A stretch of 29,701 nucleotides of DNA. Origin: Chthoniobacteraceae bacterium (lineage in GTDB: Bacteria > Verrucomicrobiota > Verrucomicrobiia > Chthoniobacterales > Chthoniobacteraceae). Within the stretch, counting starts at the first letter, position 1; every line of letters begins with the position of its first letter. The stretch is taken from NCBI GenBank assembly GCA_040081625.1, contig JBEBGD010000066.1, positions 1 through 29,701 on the forward strand, given 5' to 3'. Of the stretch, positions 17,226-26,510 are shown piece after piece. Position numbers and translations under genes: made by a program. Under the pieces are notes generated by a model. That model was not told the origin of the DNA. It worked only from the letters and a program-made list of their open reading frames with translations, and made no database searches.

Positions 17226-18932
17226 CTAATACACGTCGCGCTGGTAGCGCTTGTCGGTCTTGAGCCGGGCCACGTATTCAGTCGCGGCTTCGGCGCTCAA
17301 GCCGCCGGCGATTTCGCAGGCGCGGTGCAGCGCGGCGTCCACGTCCTTCGCCATTCGACTCGCGTCGCCACAGACGTAGAAGTGCGCGCCGCCTTCCAGC
17401 CACGACCACAGCTCGGCGGCGGATTCGATCATCCGGTGCTGGACGTAGAATTTCTCCGCCTGGTCGCGTGAGAAGGCGAGGTCGAGTCGCGCGAGATGCC
17501 CGCTCTCCCGCCATGCGGTGAGCTGCTCCTCGTAGAGGAAGTCGGTCGCGCGGCGCTGGTCGCCGAAGAAAAGCCAGTTCCGCCCGGCCGCGTTGCCCAA
17601 CTCGCGCTCTTCGAGGAAGGCGCGGAAGGGTGCGATGCCTGTGCCGGGACCGACCATGATGATGTCGCGCGCGGCGTCGGTGGGCAGCTTGAAGCCGTGC
17701 GAAGGCTGCACGAAAACGGGCACGGGCGTGTCTGTGCCGACACGATCGGAGAGAAACGTCGAGCACACGCCACCGCGCGCGCGACCGTGACTTTCGTAGC
17801 GCACGGCGCCGACGGTGAGGTGGACTTCGCCGGGATGCGCGTTCGGGCTGGAGGAGATGGAGTAAAGTCGCGGCTGGAGTTTCTTCAGCAGCGCCACGAA
17901 CTCGGCCGGCGCAAACGGCTGCGCGAGTCCGGCGATAAGGTCGATGACTTCCCGACCCCACAGGAATTTCTTGAGATCGTCGCGGCGCGCGGGGTCGAGC
18001 AGCGGGGCGAGTTCGCCGGAGGGGTCGCGCGCGGCGATGGCTGAGAGCAGGTCGCTGGACGGGCGGGAGATGTCGTAGGTTTGCGCGAGTGCGAGCCGCA
18101 GCGGCACGTCGCCCACGGCCTCCTCGCCATCGCAGCCGAGCGCGGCGAGCACGTCGGCAACGAGCGCGGGGCAGTTGGTCGGCAGCACGCCGAGCGCGTC
18201 GCCGACTTCGTAGCTGAGATCCGAGCCGAAGAGGTCGATCTCGAAATGGCGCACCTCCTTGCCTGAGCCGTCGCGAGTGAGTTTGCGGTTCGCGGTGAGG
18301 CGGGCGGAGAAGGGGTTCTTTCGGGAGTGGGCTTCGGTGGTGGGAGCCATGGGTCCCATGGGACTGATGCCTCCCATCGCCGCGAACACGCTCTCGGTCC
18401 ACGCAGCCGCCGGCGCATCATAGTCCACGTCGCAGTCGGTGCGCGCGTGCAGACGCTGCGCGCCGAGTTGCTCAAGGCGGGCGTCGCACCTTTTTCCGAA
18501 CTCGCAGAACTGCGCGTAGTTCGTGTCGCCGAGTGCGAGCACGGAGAAGCGCGTCTGCTCGAGGCGCGGCGCGGAGTCGCTGCTCAGCCACGCCCAGAAG
18601 CCGATCGCGTTGTCCGGCGGCTCGCCGTCGCCGTATGTGCTGGTGATCACGAGCACGTGCTCCTCTTTCGCGAGATCGACGCTCTCGAATTTCTCCATGC
18701 ACACGAGGCGCGGCGCGAAGCCTTTCGCGTCAGCGACCTTCGCGGTCTTCTTCGCGAGCGCCTCGGACGTGCCGGTCTGCGAACCGTAAAGCACGAGCAG
18801 CGGGCGCTTCGGTGCGGCGGGCTCGGGCGCGGATGCGGCGTTCGTGAGCAGGCCGGCGAGGTAGCCGTTGAGCCACTGGCGTTGCTCGGCGGTGAAGGGC
18901 GCGTTTTCGGGAATGAACGGGATGGCGGTCAT
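17226..18932 (-). CDS. CysJ-like diflavin (flavodoxin-FAD/NADPH) reductase subunit
   Basis: YGSQTGTSE, TSTYGDGEPPDNA, LGDTNY..FC, RLYSISSS, GVCS, VGPGTGIAPFR, YVCGDA and RYQRDVY motifs. Confidence 0.92.
   Translation of the reverse strand: MTAIPFIPENAPFTAEQRQWLNGYLAGLLTNAASAPEPAAPKRPLLVLYGSQTGTSEALAKKTAKVADAKGFAPRLVCMEKFESVDLAKEEHVLVITSTYGDGEPPDNAIGFWAWLSSDSAPRLEQTRFSVLALGDTNYAQFCEFGKRCDARLEQLGAQRLHARTDCDVDYDAPAAAWTESVFAAMGGISPMGPMAPTTEAHSRKNPFSARLTANRKLTRDGSGKEVRHFEIDLFGSDLSYEVGDALGVLPTNCPALVADVLAALGCDGEEAVGDVPLRLALAQTYDISRPSSDLLSAIAARDPSGELAPLLDPARRDDLKKFLWGREVIDLIAGLAQPFAPAEFVALLKKLQPRLYSISSSPNAHPGEVHLTVGAVRYESHGRARGGVCSTFLSDRVGTDTPVPVFVQPSHGFKLPTDAARDIIMVGPGTGIAPFRAFLEERELGNAAGRNWLFFGDQRRATDFLYEEQLTAWRESGHLARLDLAFSRDQAEKFYVQHRMIESAAELWSWLEGGAHFYVCGDASRMAKDVDAALHRACEIAGGLSAEAATEYVARLKTDKRYQRDVY
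18341..18377. repeat. degenerate palindromic nonamer array in the flavodoxin-FAD linker
   Basis: TGGGAGCCA TGGGTCCCA TGGGACTGA TGCCTCCCA T, encoding MGGISPMGPMAP; contains the palindrome GTCCCATGGGAC. Confidence 0.7.
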
Positions 18933-20579
18933 CTAGGGCGTGATCAGTCGGAAGAGCAGGTAGAGCGTCGCGGCGAGCAGCAGCCAGAAGCCGGCGCGGT
19001 AGAAGGCGAGGGGATCGCGAACGAGCAGCGGCACGCCGGGCTGATAGAACGGCTCGACGCGCGCGGGGTTCGCGAGGTCGAAGGCCAGCTCGCTGTAGTG
19101 CTGGTAGCGGCGCGCGGGATCGAGAGAGATCGCGCGCAGGATCACGTGATCGAGCCACGCGGGAATGTTCGCGTTCAGCGCGCTCGGCGGCTTCGCGGCG
19201 TGGAAGACGGGCGTCTGGAATCGCTCGATCTCGCCGAACGGAAACTTCCGCGTCAGCGCTTCGTAGAGCGTGACGCCGATGGCGAAGATCTCCGTGCGCT
19301 CGCTGATCGGCGCGCCGTGGAAACGCTCGGGCGCGAGGTAGCTCGCAGTGCCCGCGCGCGAGGTGACGCTGAAAATCTCCGCGCTGCTGCCGAGATCGAC
19401 GAGTTTGAATGCGATGCGGTCGTAGTCGGCGACGGCGAGGATGTTCTCGGGCTTCAAGTCGCCGTGGACGAGTTCGAGTCGCAGCAGACGCGCACCGGCA
19501 TCGACGAGGAAGCTGCCGAGCCGCACGGCTTCATCGACACCGAGCGCGCGCGAGGCGAGCAGCAGCTTGAGGCTCGGTGCCTCGACAAATTCCTGCACAT
19601 AGTAGCGCGCGGTCGCGTGCTCCGGCGTGAACGACTCGACGAACGGCGCGCCCTCGATGCGGCCGGCATTCCACGCCTCGCGCACGAACCGCTCAAGAAA
19701 CGCCTCGTCGTCGCGCGCCTCGATCGGCGCGAACTTGAGCGTCCATCGCCGGCCATCCTTCGCCGCGAGCCAGACGCGATCCGTGCCGGTGAACGGACGC
19801 AGCAGCTCGTAGCCGTCGATGATCTCGCCCTTGGCGAGGGAGTCGGGAATGAGCAGCGGGAGTTGACTCACGGCGCGCATCCTACCGACTCGCGCCACGT
19901 CGAGCACGACCGCACTTAGGTCGTCGATCTCCGCGTCGCCGGCGTGATGGCGCGCGGACTGGACGAGCGTGCGGGCGCTCACGCGGTGCACGAGCTCGGC
20001 GCCGAGCGTGTCGGACGCGAGGAGATTGGTGATGCCGTCCGAGCAGAGCAGCACGAGGTCGCCGTCGTGCAGCGTGCGCTCGAAGCAGTGCGGCTCGATC
20101 TCCGGCGCGAGGCCGAGCGCGCGGGAAAGGACGTGGCTCTGGTGCGGGTCGATGTGATCCTCCGAGAGCTGCTCGAGCACGCCGCCGCGCAACAGATAGG
20201 CGCGGCTGTCGCCGACGTTGATGCCGGTGAGGCGGTCGCCTTCGATCGCCACGCACGCGAGCGTGGAGACCAGCTCGGGCGCGTCGAATCGGACGAGGGA
20301 TTCCTGGTGGAGCGTGCGGTTGATCAGGCGCGCGAACTCATCGAGCGCGCGCGCCGCACTCCACTCGCGCGGCCGGGCGGAGAAGTTCGCCGCGATCGAG
20401 TCCACGATGCGGCGCGCCGCCTCGGCTCCGCCACGCGCCGCGCCCGCGCCGTCGGCGAGCACGGCGATGACTGTCTCGCCCTCGATCCGCGCCGCGCACA
20501 CGTCCGCACCTTCGCTCCCGGCGATGCGCGGGAGCACGTGCGTGGTGGCGGAGATTTTCATCGAGACGGGCGCGGACAT
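18933..20579 (-). CDS. bifunctional PP2C phosphatase / Ser-Thr protein kinase with a C-terminal TM helix
   Basis: PP2C motifs AVLADG, NVGDSRAY, LLCSDG and DDLS; kinase motifs LKF, VHGDLKPENIL, VDLG and GTASYLAPE; hydrophobic C-terminus. Confidence 0.92.
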   Translation of the reverse strand: MSAPVSMKISATTHVLPRIAGSEGADVCAARIEGETVIAVLADGAGAARGGAEAARRIVDSIAANFSARPREWSAARALDEFARLINRTLHQESLVRFDAPELVSTLACVAIEGDRLTGINVGDSRAYLLRGGVLEQLSEDHIDPHQSHVLSRALGLAPEIEPHCFERTLHDGDLVLLCSDGITNLLASDTLGAELVHRVSARTLVQSARHHAGDAEIDDLSAVVLDVARVGRMRAVSQLPLLIPDSLAKGEIIDGYELLRPFTGTDRVWLAAKDGRRWTLKFAPIEARDDEAFLERFVREAWNAGRIEGAPFVESFTPEHATARYYVQEFVEAPSLKLLLASRALGVDEAVRLGSFLVDAGARLLRLELVHGDLKPENILAVADYDRIAFKLVDLGSSAEIFSVTSRAGTASYLAPERFHGAPISERTEIFAIGVTLYEALTRKFPFGEIERFQTPVFHAAKPPSALNANIPAWLDHVILRAISLDPARRYQHYSELAFDLANPARVEPFYQPGVPLLVRDPLAFYRAGFWLLLAATLYLLFRLITP

Positions 20580-20582
20580 GGA

Positions 20583-21788
20583 TCAGATGCGAGCCTGCGC
20601 GAGCGCGCCCCAGGTGGTGCGCCAGCGCGTCTTCACGAGTGTGAGGCCGGCGATGGCGAGCACGCAGAGGCCGGCGAAGATGAGGAAGCCTGCGCTGAAG
20701 GAACCGGTGATTCCCTTGGCGAAGCCAAGCGAGCTGGCGAGGAAGAAGCCGCCCACGCCGCCACCCGCGCCGACGAGGCCGGTCATCACGCCGATGTCCT
20801 TGCCGAAGCGCTGCGGCAGGAGCTGGAAGACCGCGCCATTGGCCATGCCGAGCGCGCCGCTGGCGATGGCGAAGACGATGAGGTTCACCGAGAAGTTCTT
20901 GAAGAACGCGCCGGCGATGAGCATCGCCGCGGAGAGCGCGTAGAAGCCGAAGAGCGAGCGGATGCCGCCGAACCGATCCGCCAGGGCGCCGCCGACGGGG
21001 CGCAGCATCGCACCGAGGAAGGTGCAGAGCGCGGCGAAGTTGCCGGCCTGCACGGCGGTCACGCCGTATTCGCTCTTGAAGTAGAGCACGAAGCTCGACG
21101 CCAGCCCGACGAAGCCGCCGAAGCTCACCGTGTAATAGAAACAGAACCAGTGCGCGTCCTTGTCCTTGAGCAGCGTCCAGTAGTCCGAGAGCTTCTTCTT
21201 CTTCACCTCGACCGGCGCTTCCTTCGACACGATCAGATACACGAAGAACACGAGCACCGCAGGGATGAGCGCGAGGCCGAAGACGCTCTGCCAGCCGTAG
21301 GCGGCGGCGAGCCGCGGCGCGATGAGCGAGTCGAGCACCACGCCCACATTGCCCGCGCCGGCCAGCCCCATCACCAGCCCCTGCATGTGCGGCGGATACC
21401 AGCGCCCGGCCTGCGGCAGCGCCACGGCGAAGCTCGCGCCGGCGAAGCCGAGGATCGCGCCGAAGAGGATCGTCGCCCCGAAGGTCGGCAGCCCGAACTT
21501 CCACGCGCCGAGCAGTCCGACGATCACGATGACCTGCGCGATGAGGCCGGTGTTTTTCGTGCCGATGCGGTCAGCGAGAAGCCCGAGCAGAATCCGCAGG
21601 AAGGCGCCGGAGAGGATCGGCACCGCGACCATGAGGCCCTTTTGCTCCGCGGTGAGGTGCAGCGACTCGCCGATCTGCGCCCCGAGCGGACCGAGGACGG
21701 TCCAGACCATGAAGCTGAAATCGAAGTAGAGAAACGCGGTAAGCAGCGTGGGCCAGTGACCGGAGTGTTTGAGCGCGGAGTAGTTCAA
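20583..21788 (-). CDS. narK: NarK/NasA-family nitrate/nitrite MFS transporter
   Basis: GHWPTL..AFLYFDFSFMVW, nitrate signatures GFAGASFAVALP...WYP and GMANGAVFQL.P, conserved Arg in LRI and LRP; TTG start. Confidence 0.92.
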   Translation of the reverse strand: MNYSALKHSGHWPTLLTAFLYFDFSFMVWTVLGPLGAQIGESLHLTAEQKGLMVAVPILSGAFLRILLGLLADRIGTKNTGLIAQVIVIVGLLGAWKFGLPTFGATILFGAILGFAGASFAVALPQAGRWYPPHMQGLVMGLAGAGNVGVVLDSLIAPRLAAAYGWQSVFGLALIPAVLVFFVYLIVSKEAPVEVKKKKLSDYWTLLKDKDAHWFCFYYTVSFGGFVGLASSFVLYFKSEYGVTAVQAGNFAALCTFLGAMLRPVGGALADRFGGIRSLFGFYALSAAMLIAGAFFKNFSVNLIVFAIASGALGMANGAVFQLLPQRFGKDIGVMTGLVGAGGGVGGFFLASSLGFAKGITGSFSAGFLIFAGLCVLAIAGLTLVKTRWRTTWGALAQARI

Positions 21789-21823
21789 TTGGGCGAGGTG
21801 GTGTTTTGGTTCGCGCGCCCCAT

Positions 21824-21840
21824 TAGCCGCCGGTGTGCCA
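21824..21840 (-). promoter_or_regulatory. sigma54 (-24/-12) promoter of the narK operon
   Basis: The minus strand reads TGGCACACCGGCGGCTA, which is GG-N10-GC with a perfect TGGCAC, about 35 nt upstream of the start codon. Confidence 0.6.
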
Positions 21841-22084
21841 GTCCGCTCAGTGGCGACGATGCAAACGGCTCAATGTTTTCATAAAACGGATGAGCCGCGC
21901 TCATGCAGACGCGGCACCCGCATGGAATCAACCTTCCAGAGCCACCGCCCTCGCGCGTTCCACTCGCTGGCAGCGGTCGCGACTCGCGCCACGCATCGCT
22001 TCAGCCGCGTGTCGGTCGAGTCCGCGGCTGGGTGAAATTGCTCACGGTGGTCAATTCCGTGCGCGCCCGCTTTTCGCGAAGCCG

Positions 22085-23230
22085 CTACTTCTTCCCGCCG
22101 TAAGCCCCGCCCTTGAGCGCCTCGACGATCCCGCCGCGATTGGTCATCAGCGCCTTCATGTTCCAGTGGATGTGGCCGGGGTTCGATGTGCCCTGCCGGG
22201 TGAGATCGATCTGGCGCAGGATCTCGCGCGCGGGCCGCGCCTTGCCGATGCGATCGGTCGCGATGCCCGGCCACACCGCGACGCGCGCGGGCGCCTGCTC
22301 GCGCCACCACTTGAGCAGCACGGGGAAGCTCTGCGCGGGCGGATCGATGCTCCAGTAGAGCTGCGGGGTGAAGTAATCGCACCAGCCCTCGCGCAGCCAC
22401 AGTCGCGAGTCGGCGAAGAGATGCGAGTAGGCGTCGAGAAATGCCTGCGTCGTCTCGGGCACGCCGGGCCGCCAGATCCCGAAGGGGCTGATCCCGACCT
22501 TCACCGACGACTTCGTTTTCTTCACACCGCGATACATCGCCTCGACGAAGCGGTTGATATTGTCGCGCCGCCAATCGGCGCGGCTCAGCCCGCTCTTGGC
22601 GCCGATCCGCTTCCACGACGCCTCATCGGCGAAGGACGCGGGCGCTCCCTTCGCCGGGTAGGGGTAGAAGTAATCGTCGATGTGCAGCCCATCGATATCG
22701 TAACGGCGCACGACATCGAGCATGACGCCGAGCACGTGCTCGCGCGCGGCGGGTTCGCCGGGATCGAGCCAGAGCTGGCTGCCGTGGCGGCGCACCCACT
22801 CGGGGTGCGTGCGCGAGACGTGGCTGGACGCGAAGCTCGCACCGGAGTTCACCGCCGCGCGGAAAGGATTAAACCACGCGTGCAACTCGATGCCGCGCCG
22901 ATGCGCCTCGGCGATCGCAAAGGCGAGGGGATCGTAGCCCGGCGAGGCACCCTGCTTGCCGGTGAGGAAGGCCGACCACGGCTCGCGCGAGGACTCGTAG
23001 AGAGCATCGCACGACGGCCGCACCTGGAGCAGGATCGCGTTGAGCTTGAGCGACGCCGCGCGATCGAGGATGCCGCGCAGTTCCGCCTGCTGCGCCCCCG
23101 CGGAGAGCCCCGGCCGCGATGGCCAGTCGAGATTATGCACCGACGCGACCCACGCGCCGCGAAACTCCGCGGTCGCGACGTTTGCAAAGGCGAGGATGAG
23201 AAAGCTGATGAGCCAGCGTGCGGTGATCAT
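22085..23230 (-). CDS. glycosyl hydrolase-like 10 (GHL10, YddW/DigH-like) secreted protein
   Basis: Signal peptide; EFRGAWVASVHNLDWPS, QVRP, ELHAWFNPFR, YDIDGLHIDDYFYP, GISPFGIWR and DYFTPQLYW motifs. Confidence 0.9.
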   Translation of the reverse strand: MITARWLISFLILAFANVATAEFRGAWVASVHNLDWPSRPGLSAGAQQAELRGILDRAASLKLNAILLQVRPSCDALYESSREPWSAFLTGKQGASPGYDPLAFAIAEAHRRGIELHAWFNPFRAAVNSGASFASSHVSRTHPEWVRRHGSQLWLDPGEPAAREHVLGVMLDVVRRYDIDGLHIDDYFYPYPAKGAPASFADEASWKRIGAKSGLSRADWRRDNINRFVEAMYRGVKKTKSSVKVGISPFGIWRPGVPETTQAFLDAYSHLFADSRLWLREGWCDYFTPQLYWSIDPPAQSFPVLLKWWREQAPARVAVWPGIATDRIGKARPAREILRQIDLTRQGTSNPGHIHWNMKALMTNRGGIVEALKGGAYGGKK

Positions 23231-26200
23231 TTCTTGTCGGGTGATTGCTTTTGGTAGTTCGCGTGTGTCGCCATGCCGCCAGCCTCGAGATACGCGACGA
23301 GGTCGAGGATGTCTTCCTTGCTTAGCGTATTGATGAGTCCCGCCGGCATCGGCGAATTCGGCGAGTGCTCGCGGCGCGCGATCTCGCGCACGGGCACCTC
23401 GGTGCGTTCGCCCGTGAATGGATCGGCGATCAACACAACTCGCGCATCGTCTTCATCCACGATGCGGCCGGTCACTCCGCTGCCGGCTTTCTTGAAGATC
23501 GTCGTCGTCTGGTATTGCTCCATCACGACCTTCGACGGAGCCACGATCGACTCGAGGATATCGCGCCGGCTGAATCGGCTGCCCACCGCGGTGAGGTCCG
23601 GGCCGACGGTGCCGCCGTCGTAGCCGAGTCGGTGGCAGAGCACGCACAACGTATCGTCGAACGCGGCCTTGCCCTTCGCGTGGTCGCGGCCGCTGAGCGG
23701 TTTCTCGATCGCCGGCAGGAGTTCCTCGAGCTTCCATTCCTTCACGAAGGCCCGCGGCTTCACCACGCGCGGCGGCCCGACGGGTTCGTCGAGCAGCCCG
23801 CCGAGTTTCTGTTTCTCCGCTTCGGGGAGCGCGGCGATCGCGTCGCGTTTGAAGTTCGCGAGGAACTTCGTGAAGCTCACGCCGCCGCGGAACTTCCCCG
23901 CGGCCATGCCGAACCACTCGAAGTAGGCGCGCCGCAGCGCGGGCGTCCAACCGGCGGGCATCGCGCGGATGTAATAGATATAGTGAACCTGCTGCTCCTG
24001 CGATGGCCCGGCGGCGAGCAGCGCCATCGTCTTCGGCACGACCGTGGCGTCCTCGAGGAAGACGAGCAGCATGCACAGCTCGCGATTGAGCGCGTCGCCC
24101 GCCGCGGGATAGCGCGGGGTGAAAAGCTTCACGAGTTCGCGCCGAGTCTCGAGTCCGGGTCCGCCGAGGCGGGCGAAAGCGACGCCGTAGATGCGGAGAA
24201 GCTCGAGCTTCCGGGCCTCGTCGAGGCTGTCCCAATTCAGCCGCAGCAGCGCGGCGAGCAGCGCTGGTTTTTCTGTCGCCGTGCTCGTGCGGGCGGCGGC
24301 GAGGAGCGCGGAGAGCGCGGACTGGGTGTCCGTCTCCGCGAAAGCGCGCGGGTGCCAGAGCTGGGGGTCCTGCCACTCGATCGCGACGCGCGCGGCGTAG
24401 CGCAGAAAGCGATCCTCGCTCGCGAGCAGCGGCCACGCGAAGTCGATCGCCTTCGCGTCGCGCTTCCCATGGAAGGCTTCGAGCTGCCGCCGCAATGCGC
24501 GAGCCTTCGCCGCGGCTTCATCGACTGGCGCCGGCTCATCGATCTTCGGCCCGGTGTAGCTGATCCGATACAGCGCGGAGCCGGTGTCATTGCCGCCGGT
24601 GATGAAATACATCGCTCCATCCGCGCCGAAGACCAGGTCCACGACATTGAGCGGATGACCAATGGCGAACGTCTCGAACTTCGCCGTGTAGCTCGCGCCC
24701 TCGGGCTTGAAATGAACCGCGAAGATCTTCCCCCACGCCCAATCGCCCATGAACAGCGCGCGCTGATACTTCGGCGGGAACGCGCTGCCCGTGCCGAACT
24801 TCAGCCCGACCGGCGAGCCGATGCCGATGTCCGCGGCGGGCGGCAGGCTGTCCGGGTAATAGTAAGGCCACTTGCCCGTGCCCTCGCGGTGCCCGTATTC
24901 GCCGCCACTCACGAGATGATAGACACGCGTGGGGCGATACCACGGCGAGCCGGCGTCGTATTCCATGTCGGCGTCGTAGGTGAACGCCTCGCCGTCCGGA
25001 TTGAAGGCCATGCCATAGGGATTGCGCAGCCCGCCCGCGAAGAGCTGCCACGTCTTCCCCTCGCGATCGAACCGCTGCACGGTGCCCATCGGCGCGACCT
25101 TGCCGAGCGCGTGCCCGCTCGCGTCCCACTGCCGCGGCAGCAGCAGATCCTCCGCGTAGTTCCGGTGCGGCGAATCCGCCGCCGTGCCCGGCACCGGCCG
25201 CGAGTAGTCGCCGCTGATGTGATAGAGCCAGCCGTCCGGCCCGGGCTCGACGCCGTGCGGTCCGTGGGAACTGAGGATGCCGCTCGAGTTGTAGAGCGGC
25301 TTGAGCGCTTCGACGGCGTCGGGCACGTCGTCGCCATTCGAGTCGCGCACGCGGTAGAGCGCGTGTTTGTCCTCGGCAGTCGTGCCGGCATAGCCGTTCA
25401 CGTAGAGCGCGCCGTGCGCGAAGGTCATCCCTTGAGCCGCACCGACGGGCACCGCGATCTTCTCCTCCTTCGCGATGTGTCCGTCCGCGCCCAGCGTGAA
25501 GCGCCACATGCCGCCCCACTCGGGCGACACGAGCTTCTGCGGCGACACGATGAGCCGGCCCTTGTCGTCCACGGCCATGGCTACCCAACTGCCTTCGCCC
25601 GGCTGCGCGCGCCGGATGATCTCCGACTTGAACCCCGGCGGCAGCGTCAGCTCCGCGGCGATCCCCGGCGGATTCATCACCTCGAACCACGGATTATCGC
25701 CCTCCTTGCCGATGCTGCGCGCGGGACGCCAGCCCGTCGTGGCCGCGCCGGGCAGCTCCCATCCCGTATCGCCGCGCAGCGAAGTCAGCCAGCCCGCGTC
25801 GGAGATCACCCACTGCGTCTTCTCGTAGCTGAGCCCGATCTCGATCCGCACGATGATCCCGCCCGGTCCGCGCGTGTTGCTGCCGCGGACCGCGAGCGTA
25901 TTAGCGCCCGCCTGCAGCGCCTCGGCGACCGGCACCGCCGTCGCCGCATAGTTCGCCTGCTTCCAGTCGGCGGGCTTCTGCTTCGCCACGACGATCTGTT
26001 TGCCATTGAGAAAGACGGTCGCCTCATCATCGCCGCACACCTTCAGCTCCGCGTGCTGCGGCGCGCCCGGCAGCGTGAAGGTCGCGCGCATGAACACCAC
26101 CTCCGCCTGCCCCGACCGCGGCGCGACCTCGCCGGCTTGATGATCGTGCCAGATCCATTCCGGCAGCGGCGGCGGGGCGGCGTCGGCGAAAGCGCACGCG

Positions 26201-26241
26201 GCGAAAAGAGCGGGGATGAAGGCGGGGAGCAGGGATTTCAC
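23227..26241 (-). CDS. PVC-type membrane-associated dehydrogenase-like heme-binding protein (beta-sandwich, propeller, HEAT repeats, cytochrome c)
   Basis: Signal peptide; HGPHG..GPDG, GLRNPY...YDADME and PWYRPTR propeller motifs; HEAT-like helices; CVLCH..GG.VGPDLT...SPMPAGL. Confidence 0.88.
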   Translation of the reverse strand: MKSLLPAFIPALFAACAFADAAPPPLPEWIWHDHQAGEVAPRSGQAEVVFMRATFTLPGAPQHAELKVCGDDEATVFLNGKQIVVAKQKPADWKQANYAATAVPVAEALQAGANTLAVRGSNTRGPGGIIVRIEIGLSYEKTQWVISDAGWLTSLRGDTGWELPGAATTGWRPARSIGKEGDNPWFEVMNPPGIAAELTLPPGFKSEIIRRAQPGEGSWVAMAVDDKGRLIVSPQKLVSPEWGGMWRFTLGADGHIAKEEKIAVPVGAAQGMTFAHGALYVNGYAGTTAEDKHALYRVRDSNGDDVPDAVEALKPLYNSSGILSSHGPHGVEPGPDGWLYHISGDYSRPVPGTAADSPHRNYAEDLLLPRQWDASGHALGKVAPMGTVQRFDREGKTWQLFAGGLRNPYGMAFNPDGEAFTYDADMEYDAGSPWYRPTRVYHLVSGGEYGHREGTGKWPYYYPDSLPPAADIGIGSPVGLKFGTGSAFPPKYQRALFMGDWAWGKIFAVHFKPEGASYTAKFETFAIGHPLNVVDLVFGADGAMYFITGGNDTGSALYRISYTGPKIDEPAPVDEAAAKARALRRQLEAFHGKRDAKAIDFAWPLLASEDRFLRYAARVAIEWQDPQLWHPRAFAETDTQSALSALLAAARTSTATEKPALLAALLRLNWDSLDEARKLELLRIYGVAFARLGGPGLETRRELVKLFTPRYPAAGDALNRELCMLLVFLEDATVVPKTMALLAAGPSQEQQVHYIYYIRAMPAGWTPALRRAYFEWFGMAAGKFRGGVSFTKFLANFKRDAIAALPEAEKQKLGGLLDEPVGPPRVVKPRAFVKEWKLEELLPAIEKPLSGRDHAKGKAAFDDTLCVLCHRLGYDGGTVGPDLTAVGSRFSRRDILESIVAPSKVVMEQYQTTTIFKKAGSGVTGRIVDEDDARVVLIADPFTGERTEVPVREIARREHSPNSPMPAGLINTLSKEDILDLVAYLEAGGMATHANYQKQSPDKK

Positions 26242-26349
26242 GAGGGAGCAAAGGAGGAACTGACCGATTCACGGGACTCTGCCGGGAAACGAATGCCGCA
26301 GCCAACTTAAACCGCACCCCGCGGCGTCGGGCGTGAACAGATCGGCGAC

Positions 26350-26377
26350 CATTCAACATTCACCGTTCACGATTCGC
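26350..26377. repeat. degenerate heptamer array (CATTCAC)x4
   Basis: CATTCAA CATTCAC CGTTCAC GATTCGC in a divergent intergenic region. Confidence 0.6.
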
Positions 26378-26473
26378 CGACCCTCGCCGCTACGCGACGG
26401 CGACGCTGCGCGTCGGCCCGCGTAAGTGGATTCGTCACGCCGGGACTCTCAACTTCGGGAGTCTGGCGGGGGT

Positions 26474-26490
26474 GGGCACGGTTTTCGCTA
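26474..26490 (+). promoter_or_regulatory. sigma54 (-24/-12) promoter of the TPR-MshEN/pilB operon
   Basis: GGGCACGGTTTTCGCTA is GG-N10-GC, 20 nt upstream of ATG 26511. Confidence 0.6.
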
Positions 26491-26510
26491 GAGCATTTGG
26501 TATCGCGCCC

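Noticed and set aside
21789..21900. ANTAR (NasT/NasR) twin-hairpin antiterminator before narK
   Set aside because: The predicted leader is only about 25 nt, and I see no twin hexaloop hairpins or U-tailed terminator.
22002..22030. CAGCCGCG...CGCGGCTG inverted repeat as terminator of the GHL10 gene
   Set aside because: There is no U-tract on the minus strand and the loop is long, so support is insufficient.
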